DNA of 64,000 nucleotides from Myxococcales bacterium (lineage in GTDB: Bacteria > Myxococcota_A > Polyangia > Polyangiales > Polyangiaceae): the NCBI GenBank assembly GCA_016212965.1, contig JACRDA010000497.1, positions 26,487 through 90,486 of the forward strand, written 5' to 3'. Every line of letters begins with the position of its first letter. Position 1 is the first letter of the stretch. Below, one piece after another: positions 26,789-37,014 of this stretch. A model generated the notes under the pieces. That model had not been told where the DNA came from. It worked only from the letters and a program-made list of their open reading frames with translations, and did no database searches. The translations under genes and the position numbers were made by a program.

Positions 26789-29017
26789 ATGGACACCGAG
26801 ACCGACATCACCCACCTCGCCGCGGGCCTCGACGCCATCCTCCGACCGCGCTCGGTCGCGGTCGTCGGCGCGAGCCGGCGCGAGGGCAGCCTCGGCCACG
26901 GCGTGGTGCAGAACCTGCTCGGCTTCGGCTTCCAGGGGCCCGTGTACCCGGTCCACCAGAAGGCCGACCACGTGGCGTCGATCCGCGCCTACCCCACGGT
27001 CGACGCGATCCCGGACCCGGTCGATCTGGCGGTCGTGGTGGTGCCGCGCACCGAGGTCGTGAGCGTCGTCGAGGCCTGTGCGAAAAAGGGCGTGCGCGGC
27101 CTCGTCGTCATCACGGCCGGCTTCCGCGAGGTCGGCCTCGAGGGGGCGACCGAGGAGGCACGCCTGCAGGAGATCGTGCGCCGCCACGGCATGCGCATGA
27201 TCGGCCCCAACTGCATGGGCATCCTCAACACCGACCCGAAGTACCGGCTCAACGCGTCGTTCTCGGCCACCAGGCCGCGCCACGGCAACGCGGGCTTCGC
27301 GAGCCAGTCGGGCGCGCTCGGCGAGGTCGTGCTGGCGACGGCCTGCGCCGTCGGCCTCGGCGTCAGCCAGTTCGTGTCGCTCGGCAACAAGGCCGACGTG
27401 TCGGGCAACGACCTCCTGGCGTACTGGGCGAACGACCCGCAGACCGAGGTCATCCTGCTCTACCTCGAGAGCTTCGGCAATCCGCGGCGCTTCGCGACCC
27501 TCGCGCGTCACATCACGCGCGTGCGCGGCAAGCCCATCCTGGTCGTCAAGAGCGGTCGCACGGCGCAGGGCGCGGCCGCGGCGAGCTCCCACACGGGCTC
27601 GCTAGCGGGCAGCGATCAGGCCGCGAGCGCCATGCTGTCGAGCTGCGGGGTCATCCGCTGCGACACCGTGATGCAGCTGTTCGACTTCGCGCTCGGCTTC
27701 TGCAACCAGCCGCCGCCCGGAGGCTCGCGCGTGGCCGTGCTCACGAACGCGGGCGGCCCGGGCATCATGGCGACCGATGCTTCCATCCAGGCCGGGCTCA
27801 CGCTCGCCGACCTCGCGAGCGCGACGGAGCAGGCGCTCGGCGCCGCGCTCCCGCCCGAGGCCTCGGTGCGGAATCCGGTCGACATGATCGCCTCGGCGGG
27901 CGCCGAGCAGTACCGGCGCTGCGCCGCGACGCTGCTCGCCGACGACGCGGTCGACGCCCTGCTCGTCATCTTCGTGAGCCCGGTCGTCATGGACCCGCCG
28001 GCGGTCGCGCGCGGCATCGTGGCGGGTGTGACCGAGGGGCTCCTGCGCGCCGGCCGGCCGAAGACGGTGCTCGCCTGCTTCATGGGACGCGACCTCGACG
28101 ACCGCGGCATCGCGATCCTGAGCGAGGCCAAGATCCCGAACTACCCCTTCCCCGAGGCCGCCGTGCGCACGCTCGAGGCGATGACGCGCTTCCAGAGCTG
28201 GCGCGCGCAGGCGCCCGGGCGCGAGGTGCGCTTTGCGGTCGACGCGCAGGCGGCGCGCCGCCTGGTCGACAAGGTGCAGGCCGACGGACGCACCTGGCTC
28301 TCGGGCATCGAGGCGATGGAGCTGCTGCAGGCCTACGGCATCCCGACGGCCCCGAGTCAGCGCGTGAGCGGACCGGACGAGGCCATCGCGTTCGCCGACG
28401 AGGTCGGCTACCCGGTGGTGCTGAAGCTCGACGCCGCGAGCGTGCTCCACAAGTCCGACGTGGGCGGCGTGAAGATCGATCTGCGCTCGCCGGGCGAGAT
28501 CAAGGGCGCCTTCTGGGACATGCAGGCGAGCGTGCAGAAGGGCGCGGTCGCGGACGCGCGCTACCTCGTGCAGAAGATGGTGACCGACGGCACCGAGACC
28601 ATCATCGGCGCGGCGCAGGACGCGCACGTCGGTCACCTCCTCATGTTCGGGCTCGGCGGCATCTACGTGGAGCTCATGCGCGACGTCGCCTTTCGCATCC
28701 ACCCCATCACGGACGCGGACGCCGAGCGCATGACGCGCGAGATCAAGGGCGCCCCGCTGCTCGACGGCCACCGCGGGGCCGAGCCCGTGGACCGGCAGCG
28801 CCTCACGGAGGTGCTGCTGCGCGTGAACCAGCTCATCGCCGATTTCCCGATGATCGCCGAGATGGATCTCAACCCCTTCATGGCCCAGCCGCGCGGCCGC
28901 GGCGGCGTCGTGGTCGACGCGCGCGTGCGCCTCGAGCCCGAGGAGCTCGAGCCACCCATCGCGAGCCTGCGCGGGCTCCCGTCGCGGCGCGGGCTCTCGT
29001 CGCGGCCGGGCGAGTAG
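26789..29017 (+). CDS. ADP-forming acetyl-CoA synthetase / NDP-forming acyl-CoA synthetase (CoA-binding plus ATP-grasp fusion)
   Basis: ORF 26789..29017. It has a CoA-binding/succinyl-CoA-synthetase-like N-terminus (SVAVVGASRREGSLGHGVVQNL, MIGPNCMGI, SQSGALG, and the phospho-His region SSHTGSLAG). The C-terminus is ATP-grasp (GYPVVLKLDAASVLHKSDVGGVKIDL). Confidence 0.85.
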   Translation: MDTETDITHLAAGLDAILRPRSVAVVGASRREGSLGHGVVQNLLGFGFQGPVYPVHQKADHVASIRAYPTVDAIPDPVDLAVVVVPRTEVVSVVEACAKKGVRGLVVITAGFREVGLEGATEEARLQEIVRRHGMRMIGPNCMGILNTDPKYRLNASFSATRPRHGNAGFASQSGALGEVVLATACAVGLGVSQFVSLGNKADVSGNDLLAYWANDPQTEVILLYLESFGNPRRFATLARHITRVRGKPILVVKSGRTAQGAAAASSHTGSLAGSDQAASAMLSSCGVIRCDTVMQLFDFALGFCNQPPPGGSRVAVLTNAGGPGIMATDASIQAGLTLADLASATEQALGAALPPEASVRNPVDMIASAGAEQYRRCAATLLADDAVDALLVIFVSPVVMDPPAVARGIVAGVTEGLLRAGRPKTVLACFMGRDLDDRGIAILSEAKIPNYPFPEAAVRTLEAMTRFQSWRAQAPGREVRFAVDAQAARRLVDKVQADGRTWLSGIEAMELLQAYGIPTAPSQRVSGPDEAIAFADEVGYPVVLKLDAASVLHKSDVGGVKIDLRSPGEIKGAFWDMQASVQKGAVADARYLVQKMVTDGTETIIGAAQDAHVGHLLMFGLGGIYVELMRDVAFRIHPITDADAERMTREIKGAPLLDGHRGAEPVDRQRLTEVLLRVNQLIADFPMIAEMDLNPFMAQPRGRGGVVVDARVRLEPEELEPPIASLRGLPSRRGLSSRPGE

Positions 29018-29022
29018 GCGCG

Positions 29023-30465
29023 TCAGTGGGCCGGACCGAGCTCGCGCACGAGCTCGAGCCGGCCACCCGCCGCGCGCAGGCAGGTCCGGCGCTCGCCGCC
29101 GGCCGGCAAGAGCTGGTCCAGCGTCGGCGCGTCGCGCGCGAGGTTCGGCCAGATGCGCGCGAACGCGATGGGATACGCGGTCCACCCGGCCTCCTTGACG
29201 TGCTCGAGGCGCTCGCGGGGTCGAGCGTAGTCGGGGCCAGGGTCGCCGAAGGCCGCGCAGAGCGGCGCGAAGCGCGCGCTCGCGGCCCCGGCGCCGTCGG
29301 CGCAGCGCTCCGTTCCGAAGGCCGCCTCGACCTCCGCGCGCGCCGGTGGCGCGAGGGTCCAGCTCGCGCGCACGGTCGCGCCCGGGATCCCGGCCGTCGT
29401 GGTCAGCGCGACGCTGCCGTCGTCGAGCAGGCGCCGCGCGGGCGCCGCGAGCTCGAGGTTGCGCGCCGCCTCGTCGCGACCCGCCTCGAGCAGGACCTTT
29501 CGCTCTGTCGGCGCGATCCCCGCCGTCATGACGGCGTAGGCGGTCTTGCCCCAGCCGACCGCGGCGCCGAGCTCGGCCGTCCGATCGGCGTCGACGCAGA
29601 GCGCGGCCCCGGCCGACGGCGCGACCGCGCAGCGCCCCGGCGCGGGTCCGCCGCCCGGCGCGCCCGCGAAGGCCACGAGCGCCCGCACCCCGGACGGGTC
29701 CGCGCCCGACGTGTAGAGCGGCAGCGCCAGATCGAGCTCGGCCCACCCGTCGCGCAGGCGCAGGGCGAGCGCGACGTGGCGGGCGGTCGCCACGGCCACC
29801 AGGTCGGGGACGCCCGCGGGGCAGCCGCGCGCGGTGCCGGCGCCCGGGCAGCGCAGCACGTGCACGTCCGGGTCGGCGGCGAGCGAGCGCTCGAGCGCCC
29901 CGACGAGGTCGGCGCCCGGGCGCGGGCGGGTGCGCAGGCGCACGAGCGCGGCGACGGCCGGCTCGTCGGCTCGGGGCTCGGGCGGCGGTGCGCCCGCGAT
30001 GAGCGCGTCGAGGTGGGCGCGCGCCTGCTTCACCGCGGGCGGCAGGACCGCGAAGTACACGGCCTCGCCCGCCGCGACGCCGAAGGGCGCGAAGGCCGCC
30101 GCGAGCGTGCCCTGCCGGCCGAGCCACGCGGTCAGCTCGGCGCGCATCTCCGGCCCGTCCGGCACGAGCGCCGCGAGCGCATCGAGCGCGGCGGGCCGCA
30201 CCCATCCGTAGAACGCGGCGTCGCGCGGGAGCGCCGCGAGGTCGGCCTGCGCCGTCGGGGGCGGCGCCAGGAGCTCCTCGCCGGCAGCTGCGGTCGCGTC
30301 CGCGCCCGCACTCGGGACGAGCGCCACCGCGGCAGACGCCGTGGGCGTGGGGGGTGGCGGAGCGGCGGCCGTGGTGCCGGTCGGCGGTCCGCCGCCCGCG
30401 CACGCCGCGAGCGCGAGGAGCGAGAGGAGTGAGAGAGGCGAGGTCACGTGATCCCGGGGTCGCAT
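29023..30465 (-). CDS. Hypothetical lipoprotein
   Basis: ORF 29023..30465(-) with ATG at 30465. Lipobox is LSLLSLLALAAC. It starts 10 nt after the stop of the upstream membrane-protein gene, suggesting an operon. Confidence 0.6.
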   Translation of the reverse strand: MRPRDHVTSPLSLLSLLALAACAGGGPPTGTTAAAPPPPTPTASAAVALVPSAGADATAAAGEELLAPPPTAQADLAALPRDAAFYGWVRPAALDALAALVPDGPEMRAELTAWLGRQGTLAAAFAPFGVAAGEAVYFAVLPPAVKQARAHLDALIAGAPPPEPRADEPAVAALVRLRTRPRPGADLVGALERSLAADPDVHVLRCPGAGTARGCPAGVPDLVAVATARHVALALRLRDGWAELDLALPLYTSGADPSGVRALVAFAGAPGGGPAPGRCAVAPSAGAALCVDADRTAELGAAVGWGKTAYAVMTAGIAPTERKVLLEAGRDEAARNLELAAPARRLLDDGSVALTTTAGIPGATVRASWTLAPPARAEVEAAFGTERCADGAGAASARFAPLCAAFGDPGPDYARPRERLEHVKEAGWTAYPIAFARIWPNLARDAPTLDQLLPAGGERRTCLRAAGGRLELVRELGPAH

Positions 30466-30474
30466 GGGACGAGC

Positions 30475-32805
30475 CTATACACGAGTGCGACGCCGCCGGA
30501 GTGCGGCGAGCCCGCCGCCCGCGACCGACGCCATCCCGACGAGGGCGAGTCCGGCGGCTCCGAGCCCGACGCCGTAGCCCGGCGGGGAGCCCACGGTGGC
30601 CTCGACGCGATGCGCGCCGCCCGGAACCGTCACACCGACGAAGCCGGGGGCCACGAGAAACGGCTCGGCCTCCGCTTGGTCGACGCGCACGCGCCACCAC
30701 GGCACGTACGTCGCGCGCAGGACCACCACGGCCTCGGCCGGCCCGTCCGTGGTCGCGACCCAGTGGCCCGCCTCCCGTGACACGATCTCGACCCGCGTCG
30801 CGTCGGCCCGGCACGGGCCCGGGTCCACGCGCTCGCGGCGCAGGGGCCCCTCGGACGGCGCGAGTCGCACGAGCGCCTCCGGCTCGAGGGTCTCGGCGCC
30901 GCCGAGGGCGAGATCGTCGAGCATGGCCCGGCGCAGCGCGGCGCGCGAGCCGTGCCAGATCGCGCGCACGCACCCGACGCCCACGTCGTCGCGACCGCCG
31001 ACGCGGCGGGACAGCGCCGCGTCCTCCGCCGCGGCCACCGAGTGCCACGCTCCGGGCGGCTCGAGCGCGGTCGTGCGCCGGTGCAGCAGCGTCCGCACAC
31101 CGAGCGCCTCCGCGCGGCGCGCGCCGCCGGCCGCGTCGGCGCGGAGCACCCGAAAGGCCTCGAACAGCAGGCCGACCTGGGAGCCCGGACCGGCGGTCCC
31201 CTGGCCGAGCGGGCGGGCACTTTCGAGCTCCACGCCGGCCATGACCGGGCAGGGGGTCTGCGGCGCGCCCTGGTACACGACGAAGCGACCCGCGTCCTCG
31301 TGGCGCAGGCGGGTGCGGATCGAGTCCGCGTCGAAGCCCGACCAGCCCGAGCTCCGACAGCGCCCGGCCTCGGCGACGGCGATCGACCGCACCCGCCCGT
31401 GGAGGCGCCGGGAGGCTGCCGGCCCGGCGACGAGCGCGACGGCGGCGACGGCGCAGAGCTCGGCGGGGCGCAGCGCGCGCCAGGCGCGACCGGGGCTGCC
31501 CGTGCCGAGCGAGGCCAGGCGCGCCGACACCTGCGTGAGCGCCACGCACACGACGGCCGCCGCGGCGAGCGGCACGAGCGACAGCACGCGCACCGGCGAG
31601 AACACCTCGACGATGCGCGCCCCGACCGAGCCCAGGCTCGCCACGAGCGGCCCCGTGAGCACCACGCCGAGGGCGGTCGCGAAGCAGAGGAGCGCGCCAC
31701 GGCTCGCCCGGCTGCGCCACGTGAGCCCGAGGACCACGAGCCCGAGCCACAGGAGCGCGCTCGTCACGGGCGCGCGTCCCACGTCGAGCAGCCGCCCCTC
31801 GAGCAGCCACGCCAGGACGTCCTCGGGCGGGAACCCCGCCACGCGGAAGCTCGGGACCTTGGGCCAGCCGAAGGGCAGCGAGAACGACACGAGGCCCGGA
31901 CCGTAGAGCGCGGCCCCGAGGACGAGCGCTCCGGCGCAAGCCCAGCCAAAACGCCGCCGCGCCTCCGGGGGGGCACACGTGAGGACGGCCGGAGCGCTCA
32001 CGAGGAAGGCGCCCACGCCGAGCTGCGCGTGAGCGGCGGCGAGGCACGCGCCGAGCAGCGGCGCCGCGGCGGCCGGCAAGCCGCCCAGCACGGCCGCGGC
32101 GGTGAGCAGCAGCAGCGGCGTGGCGACTGCCTGGGACACGAGACCGTCGTTGAGGACGACCCAGGGGCCGCCCATGTACGAGTAGGCGGGCACCACCCAG
32201 GCGAGCAGGAGCGCGCCCGTGAGCGCCGCGCCCGGTGCGGCGCCGGCGCGCCGCGCGACGAGCACGAAGAGCGGTGGGACGAGGACGAGCGAGCCGAGCC
32301 CGACGAGCAGCGTGGCCGAGGCGGCCTCGAGGCCGGCCCGCACGAGCGCGGCCGTCACCAGCCGCGCCAACGGCTGGTAGTGCGGCCCGAGCGGGAACCC
32401 GCCGCTGTACGACTCGATCCAGCCCTGCCCGAGGCCCCCGAGGGCGATCTCGGACGACACCCGCGCGTGCGCAGCGGCGTCTCCGGGCAAGAGCGGCCGC
32501 CCGGCGCCGACCTCCACGAGCGCCGCGAGCAGGGGGGCGCAGGCCACGAGCGCCAGGCCCGCCAGGGCCTGGTCGAGGCGTCGCGCCCGTCGCGAGCGCG
32601 TCGCGGCCGTGCGCCAGCGCGCCGGGCGATCCGCGCGACCCGTGCGCCGCAGCCACACGAGCCAGCCGAGCGCGAGCCCGAGCGTCGCGACGAGCGTGAG
32701 CAGGAGCGCGCCGAGGTCGGCCTCCGCCAGGCTGCTCACGGCGCGCTCCCGGGCCTGCTCGTCATACGAAGCCCACCAAGACGCCAGGTCCCGCTCGGCT
32801 GTCAA
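30475..32805 (-). CDS. Polytopic integral membrane protein with a C-terminal extracytoplasmic domain and terminal TM (hypothetical; glycosyltransferase-39/YfhO-like topology)
   Basis: ORF 30475..32805(-). There are at least 10 hydrophobic helices in the first ~430 aa, then a soluble ~300 aa, then GLGAAGLALVGMASVAGGGLAALRRRRTRV. The start is uncertain: TTG at 32805, with an alternative GTG at 32739. Confidence 0.6.
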   Translation of the reverse strand: MTAERDLASWWASYDEQARERAVSSLAEADLGALLLTLVATLGLALGWLVWLRRTGRADRPARWRTAATRSRRARRLDQALAGLALVACAPLLAALVEVGAGRPLLPGDAAAHARVSSEIALGGLGQGWIESYSGGFPLGPHYQPLARLVTAALVRAGLEAASATLLVGLGSLVLVPPLFVLVARRAGAAPGAALTGALLLAWVVPAYSYMGGPWVVLNDGLVSQAVATPLLLLTAAAVLGGLPAAAAPLLGACLAAAHAQLGVGAFLVSAPAVLTCAPPEARRRFGWACAGALVLGAALYGPGLVSFSLPFGWPKVPSFRVAGFPPEDVLAWLLEGRLLDVGRAPVTSALLWLGLVVLGLTWRSRASRGALLCFATALGVVLTGPLVASLGSVGARIVEVFSPVRVLSLVPLAAAAVVCVALTQVSARLASLGTGSPGRAWRALRPAELCAVAAVALVAGPAASRRLHGRVRSIAVAEAGRCRSSGWSGFDADSIRTRLRHEDAGRFVVYQGAPQTPCPVMAGVELESARPLGQGTAGPGSQVGLLFEAFRVLRADAAGGARRAEALGVRTLLHRRTTALEPPGAWHSVAAAEDAALSRRVGGRDDVGVGCVRAIWHGSRAALRRAMLDDLALGGAETLEPEALVRLAPSEGPLRRERVDPGPCRADATRVEIVSREAGHWVATTDGPAEAVVVLRATYVPWWRVRVDQAEAEPFLVAPGFVGVTVPGGAHRVEATVGSPPGYGVGLGAAGLALVGMASVAGGGLAALRRRRTRV

Positions 32806-32873
32806 GCCTCACCTCGACGCCGCGCCGCGCCCTTGACGCGCCGGCCTGCCGCACCGACAACCCTGCGCCTGCG

Positions 32874-33875
32874 ATGAGTGGCCACGGCGGCAATCCCAAG
32901 AAGGTCGTGCGCGCGGCGCTCGTGGCGAACCTCGCGATCGCGATCGCGAAGTTCGTGGCGGCGGGCCTCTCGGGCAGCACGACCATGCTCGCCGAGGCGG
33001 TGCACTCGCTCGCCGACACCGCGAACCAGGCCCTGCTGTGGGTCGGGATGGCGCTCTCGGAGCGCCGGCCCGACGACCGCTTTCCCTTCGGGCGCGCCTC
33101 GGAGTCGTACTTCTGGTCGTTCGTGGTGGCGCTCCTGCTCTTCTTCCTCGGCGGCGTCTTCGCCATCTACGAGGGCATCCACAAGCTCGGCAGCACGGAG
33201 CCGCCCGGTGCGCCGTGGGCGCCGCTCGTCGTGGTCGGGGTCTCGCTCGTGATCGAGTCGGCGAGCTTCGTGGTCGCCTGGCGCGAGTTCAAGAAGACGC
33301 GCGGCGACAAGAGCTACCGGGAGGCGCTCTTCGAGGGCAAGGACCCGGTCATCCCGGTCGTGCTGCTCGAGGACTCGGGCGCCGTCTTGGGCCTGGCCGT
33401 CGCGTTCGTCACCATCCTCGTGACGTGGCTCACGGGCAGCGACATCCCCGACGGCATCGGGTCGATCACCATCGGCGTCCTGCTCTGCACGGTCGGGCTC
33501 TTGCTCGCGCGCGACACGCGCAGCCTGCTCATCGGCGAGGGTGTGACCCGCGAGGTGCGCGTGCGCGCCATCGAGCTCGCCGAGCAGACGCCCGGCGTCG
33601 AGAGCGTGCGCCAGTTCCTGAGCCTGCACCTCGGCCCCGACACGGTGCTCCTCGCCCTCAAGGTGCGCTTCGCGCGCGGCCTCGCGCTCGCGGACATCGA
33701 GCGCGTCACCGACGAGCTCGAGGCCAACGTCCGCGCGGAGCTGCCGATGATGAAGCGCATCTTCGTCGAGCCCGACAGCGACTACGAGGCGGCTCGCGAC
33801 GCCGACGCGGTCCCGCTCGGCGCGCCTGCGCCGACGGCGCCCGCACACCCGGAGCGCACCCGGCCGCAAGACTGA
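32874..33875 (+). CDS. Cation diffusion facilitator (CDF) family metal-efflux transporter
   Basis: ORF 32874..33875. The signature is ALVANLAIAIAKFVAAGLSGSTTMLAEAVHSLADTANQ, with a C-terminal cytoplasmic domain (VESVRQFLSLHLGPDTVLLALKVRF). Confidence 0.85.
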   Translation: MSGHGGNPKKVVRAALVANLAIAIAKFVAAGLSGSTTMLAEAVHSLADTANQALLWVGMALSERRPDDRFPFGRASESYFWSFVVALLLFFLGGVFAIYEGIHKLGSTEPPGAPWAPLVVVGVSLVIESASFVVAWREFKKTRGDKSYREALFEGKDPVIPVVLLEDSGAVLGLAVAFVTILVTWLTGSDIPDGIGSITIGVLLCTVGLLLARDTRSLLIGEGVTREVRVRAIELAEQTPGVESVRQFLSLHLGPDTVLLALKVRFARGLALADIERVTDELEANVRAELPMMKRIFVEPDSDYEAARDADAVPLGAPAPTAPAHPERTRPQD

Positions 33876-33927
33876 GAGCCCGTCGCGGCGCGGCGACGCA
33901 CGCGCGCGCCCCGTGTAAGCTCGGACG

Positions 33928-35214
33928 ATGAAGCTGGGATGGCCGATCGGGCTGGTGGCGGTCGTGTGGCTCCTCGCCCCGGCGTGCAGTTCCGAGCCGG
34001 CGCAGAGCGCGGGTAGCGGCGGCAGCGGTAGCGGCGCGGCGGGCGGCAGCGGCGGCGTCGCGCCCGGCCCGAGCGACGCCTGCGGCAGCGTGCGGCTCAC
34101 CTCCTACACGGCGGCGCCGGGCGGCTGGTGCGAGTTCGACCGCACCGCGCCGATCCTGCCGAGCTCCGTGCTCGCCGGCCTCACGCTCGCCGTCGCCGAG
34201 CCCTACGACGGAAGCTCCTACGGTGGCGAGCCCGGCGAGGCCTGCGGCGAGTGCTGGGAGATCGACACCATCACCGACACCCGCATCGTGATGGTGCACG
34301 ACCTCTGCCCCATCCAGGGCAACCCGCTCTGCGCCGGCGGCCACTTCCACTTCGATCTCTCGACCGAGGCGGCCCAGGCCCTGCACGGCGGCGGCCTCGA
34401 CGAGGGGCAGGCGCGCCGCGTGCCGTGTCCCGTGACGGGCAACGTCCACGTGCAGGTGAACGACCGCAACGAGTGGGGCTACCTGCGGCTCGCCTTCCTG
34501 AACCACCGCATCCCGATCCGGTCGGCCGAGTACCGCGCCGTGGGCGACGCCGTGTGGCACTCGGTGACGCGCAGCGGCGGCGCCTTCCACGTGCTCGACG
34601 ACGGCGTGACCTTCGCGGCGGCGGGGCCCGGCGGCGTGTTCCGCCTGACGAGCGCACAGGGCGAGGTGCTCGAGCTGCCGAACGCGCTCGACTACGGCGT
34701 CGGGACCGGCACGACCTTCGACCTCGGCGCGCAGCTGACGGACCAGGCGCCGGGCGGCGGGAGCTGCGTCTTCGTGCCGCCGGCCGAGGTGTACGGCGAC
34801 GGCTTCGGCGGCATCGACGAGGTGCGCTGGGCCGTGAACCCGTGGGGCGAGGCGGTGGCCTCCGAGACGACCGACGGCTGCGACGGCGGGACGGGCTCGT
34901 GCCTGCGCATCGATTCGCTCGGTCAGTACAGCGGCTTTCACCTCTACTACCGGCAGCCCTTTCCGACGGCCACCTTCGCCAGCGTGTCTCTGCGTCTGCG
35001 CGCGCTCTCCGGCTCGGGCAGCGTGATCGTGGCGCCCAGCCTCGACGGCACGCGCTGCGGCGAGACGAGCGTCCCGGTCGGGCCCGACTTCGGCGGCGTG
35101 ACCGTCGACCTCGCGAGCGTGTGCGCCGGACAGACCGAGCTCAACGCGCTCACGGTCGACAACCCGGGCAATCCCCTCGTGCTCCTCGTGGACGAGGTCC
35201 GCTTCGGGCCCTGA
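33928..35214 (+). CDS. Expansin-like lipoprotein (DPBB/GH45-like D1 plus CBM63-like D2 plus an extra C-terminal beta domain)
   Basis: ORF 33928..35214. Lipobox is LLAPAC. D1 has [10 protein letters not shown]...IVMVHDLCP...[16 protein letters not shown] (the HFDLS motif of expansins). D2 has [39 protein letters not shown]...[11 protein letters not shown]. Confidence 0.65.
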   Translation: MKLGWPIGLVAVVWLLAPACSSEPAQSAGSGGSGSGAAGGSGGVAPGPSDACGSVRLTSYTAAPGGWCEFDRTAPILPSSVLAGLTLAVAEPYDGSSYGGEPGEACGECWEIDTITDTRIVMVHDLCPIQGNPLCAGGHFHFDLSTEAAQALHGGGLDEGQARRVPCPVTGNVHVQVNDRNEWGYLRLAFLNHRIPIRSAEYRAVGDAVWHSVTRSGGAFHVLDDGVTFAAAGPGGVFRLTSAQGEVLELPNALDYGVGTGTTFDLGAQLTDQAPGGGSCVFVPPAEVYGDGFGGIDEVRWAVNPWGEAVASETTDGCDGGTGSCLRIDSLGQYSGFHLYYRQPFPTATFASVSLRLRALSGSGSVIVAPSLDGTRCGETSVPVGPDFGGVTVDLASVCAGQTELNALTVDNPGNPLVLLVDEVRFGP

Positions 35215-35353
35215 CTCGATTTTCCGCCGGGCGGTGCGATTCCGCACGAATGCAGTGCGGAATCGCACGCGCTCGGGGCGTCGGGCCCGGCATTCGTCGT
35301 CGCGCCGCATGCGAGCGATGACACGCGTGCCATCCTTCGTGTACCCCGGGAGC

Positions 35354-36994
35354 ATGGCACGCAGCATCTCGAGGTGGGGCTCCGTCGGTATCGTCGTCGC
35401 GCTCTGCGCGGCCTGCAGCGATTCGGGCGAGGAATCGATCGTCACGCCCGGCACGGGCGGCAGCGGCGCGACGACCGGGACCGGCGGCGCAGGCGGGCAG
35501 GCGACGGGTGGCGGCGGCGGCGCCGGCGTGTGTCAGCCGAATCCGTGTCTGCACGGCGGCAGCTGCCACGACGCCGGCGCGACCTTCACCTGCGAGTGCC
35601 TGGCCGGGTACTCCGGCGACAGCTGCGAGGTGGACATCGACGAGTGCACGCCGAACCCCTGCGTCAACGGCGGCCAGTGCGTGGACGGCGTGGCGAGCTA
35701 CACCTGCCAGTGCCCGGCCGGCTACGGCGGCACGAATTGCGAGCTCAACATCGACGACTGCACGCCGGATCCCTGCCAGAACGGTGGCACCTGCATCGAC
35801 GGCGTCGACTCGTACGGCTGCGACTGCCTGCCCGGCTACACCGGCGCGAACTGCGAGACGGTGGCGAGCGGCTGCACGCCCAATCCGTGTCTCAACGGCG
35901 GCACCTGCAACGACCTCGGCGGCGGCAACTACGATTGCAGCTGCCTGCCCGGCTACACCGGGAACAACTGCGCGATCAACATCGACGACTGCACGCCGAA
36001 TCCCTGCCAGAACGGCGGGGGATGCGTCGACGGAGTGAACGGCTACGGCTGCAACTGCGTGAACGGCTACAGCGGCACCAATTGCGAGGTCGCGCCGGTG
36101 CCGACCTACTGCGACGTGACCTACGTCGTCGGCAGCGGGGCCTGCGGCGCGCCGACCGAGAACGGTCGCTTCCACAACATCAAGACCGGCTTCGGCGGCA
36201 TGAACGTCTACTACGGCGTCGGCCTCAACTGCACCACGCCGAAGCGCGGCACGGGCAACGGGACGGCCGTCGCGTCGCCGTTCACACCCGCCCTCTTCCC
36301 GCGCGGCTACCTGCGGCTGCGGTTCCCGACGAGCGGCGGCGTGCCGGTCGCGGGCGCGGTCTCGCTCGTCGAGTACTACCTACCCATCGAGTTCACGGTG
36401 AACGGCCTGCTCAACACCAACGTGACGACCGACGTCGACCACAGCGCCGGGCTCCTGCACCACGAGACGGCCGGCTGCCCCGGCGGCTACACGGGCTGTC
36501 TCACCGGCGTGTCCGACTCGGTCGCTCCGACCCTCGAGCGGCCCTGCACCGCGGTGGCGGCCGGGACCTTGAACGGCACGACGCTCACCTGGGGCAGTTG
36601 CGGCCTCACCCCGCCCGGCCCCTGCCTCGGGGTCGGCTGCACGCCGACCAACGCGCAGCTCAACTGGACCGGGGCGAGCTCGCAGATCGACACGTCCGTG
36701 AACCCTGGCTGCGTCGCGAACGTGACCTCCTGGGGCGGCGTGTGGTGCACGTCGGGCCTGTGCAACGCCGTGCCCGGCACGAACGCGCCCTCGAACGACA
36801 CCTGGGATCACGAGTTTCCGAGCCTGACCTTCAGCTCGACCGCCTACGCCACGGCGGGCACGACGGTGACCCTCACCGAGAGCGTCGTGCCGGACGGCTA
36901 CGCCGACGTGTACTCGGGCACCGAGGTGGTCACGGCGAGCTACGCCGCGATCGAGTGCGGCACGCTGCCGCAGCTCACCTGCGACGAGCAGTAG
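35354..36994 (+). CDS. Lipoprotein with five tandem EGF / calcium-binding-EGF repeats and a ~300-aa C-terminal domain of unknown function
   Basis: Part of ORF 35234..36994. ATG at 35354 gives [21 protein letters not shown] (lipobox); alternative ATGs at 35309/35318 are possible. The repeats follow C.PNPC.NGG.C.DG...Y.C.C..GY.G.NCE, with D-I-D-E/D-C linkers, and span 35531-36088. Confidence 0.7.
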   Translation: MARSISRWGSVGIVVALCAACSDSGEESIVTPGTGGSGATTGTGGAGGQATGGGGGAGVCQPNPCLHGGSCHDAGATFTCECLAGYSGDSCEVDIDECTPNPCVNGGQCVDGVASYTCQCPAGYGGTNCELNIDDCTPDPCQNGGTCIDGVDSYGCDCLPGYTGANCETVASGCTPNPCLNGGTCNDLGGGNYDCSCLPGYTGNNCAINIDDCTPNPCQNGGGCVDGVNGYGCNCVNGYSGTNCEVAPVPTYCDVTYVVGSGACGAPTENGRFHNIKTGFGGMNVYYGVGLNCTTPKRGTGNGTAVASPFTPALFPRGYLRLRFPTSGGVPVAGAVSLVEYYLPIEFTVNGLLNTNVTTDVDHSAGLLHHETAGCPGGYTGCLTGVSDSVAPTLERPCTAVAAGTLNGTTLTWGSCGLTPPGPCLGVGCTPTNAQLNWTGASSQIDTSVNPGCVANVTSWGGVWCTSGLCNAVPGTNAPSNDTWDHEFPSLTFSSTAYATAGTTVTLTESVVPDGYADVYSGTEVVTASYAAIECGTLPQLTCDEQ

Positions 36995-37014
36995 ACGGAC
37001 GAAGCGCGGGCGCT

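Noticed and set aside
27602-32656. 1684-aa ORF on the minus strand, the longest in the track
   Set aside because: The translation is almost pure Arg/Ala/Gly/Pro with no motifs. It runs antisense or out of frame through three well-supported genes (acetyl-CoA synthetase, lipoprotein 29023..30465 and membrane protein 30475..32805). This is a typical stop-codon-poor artefact of high GC content.
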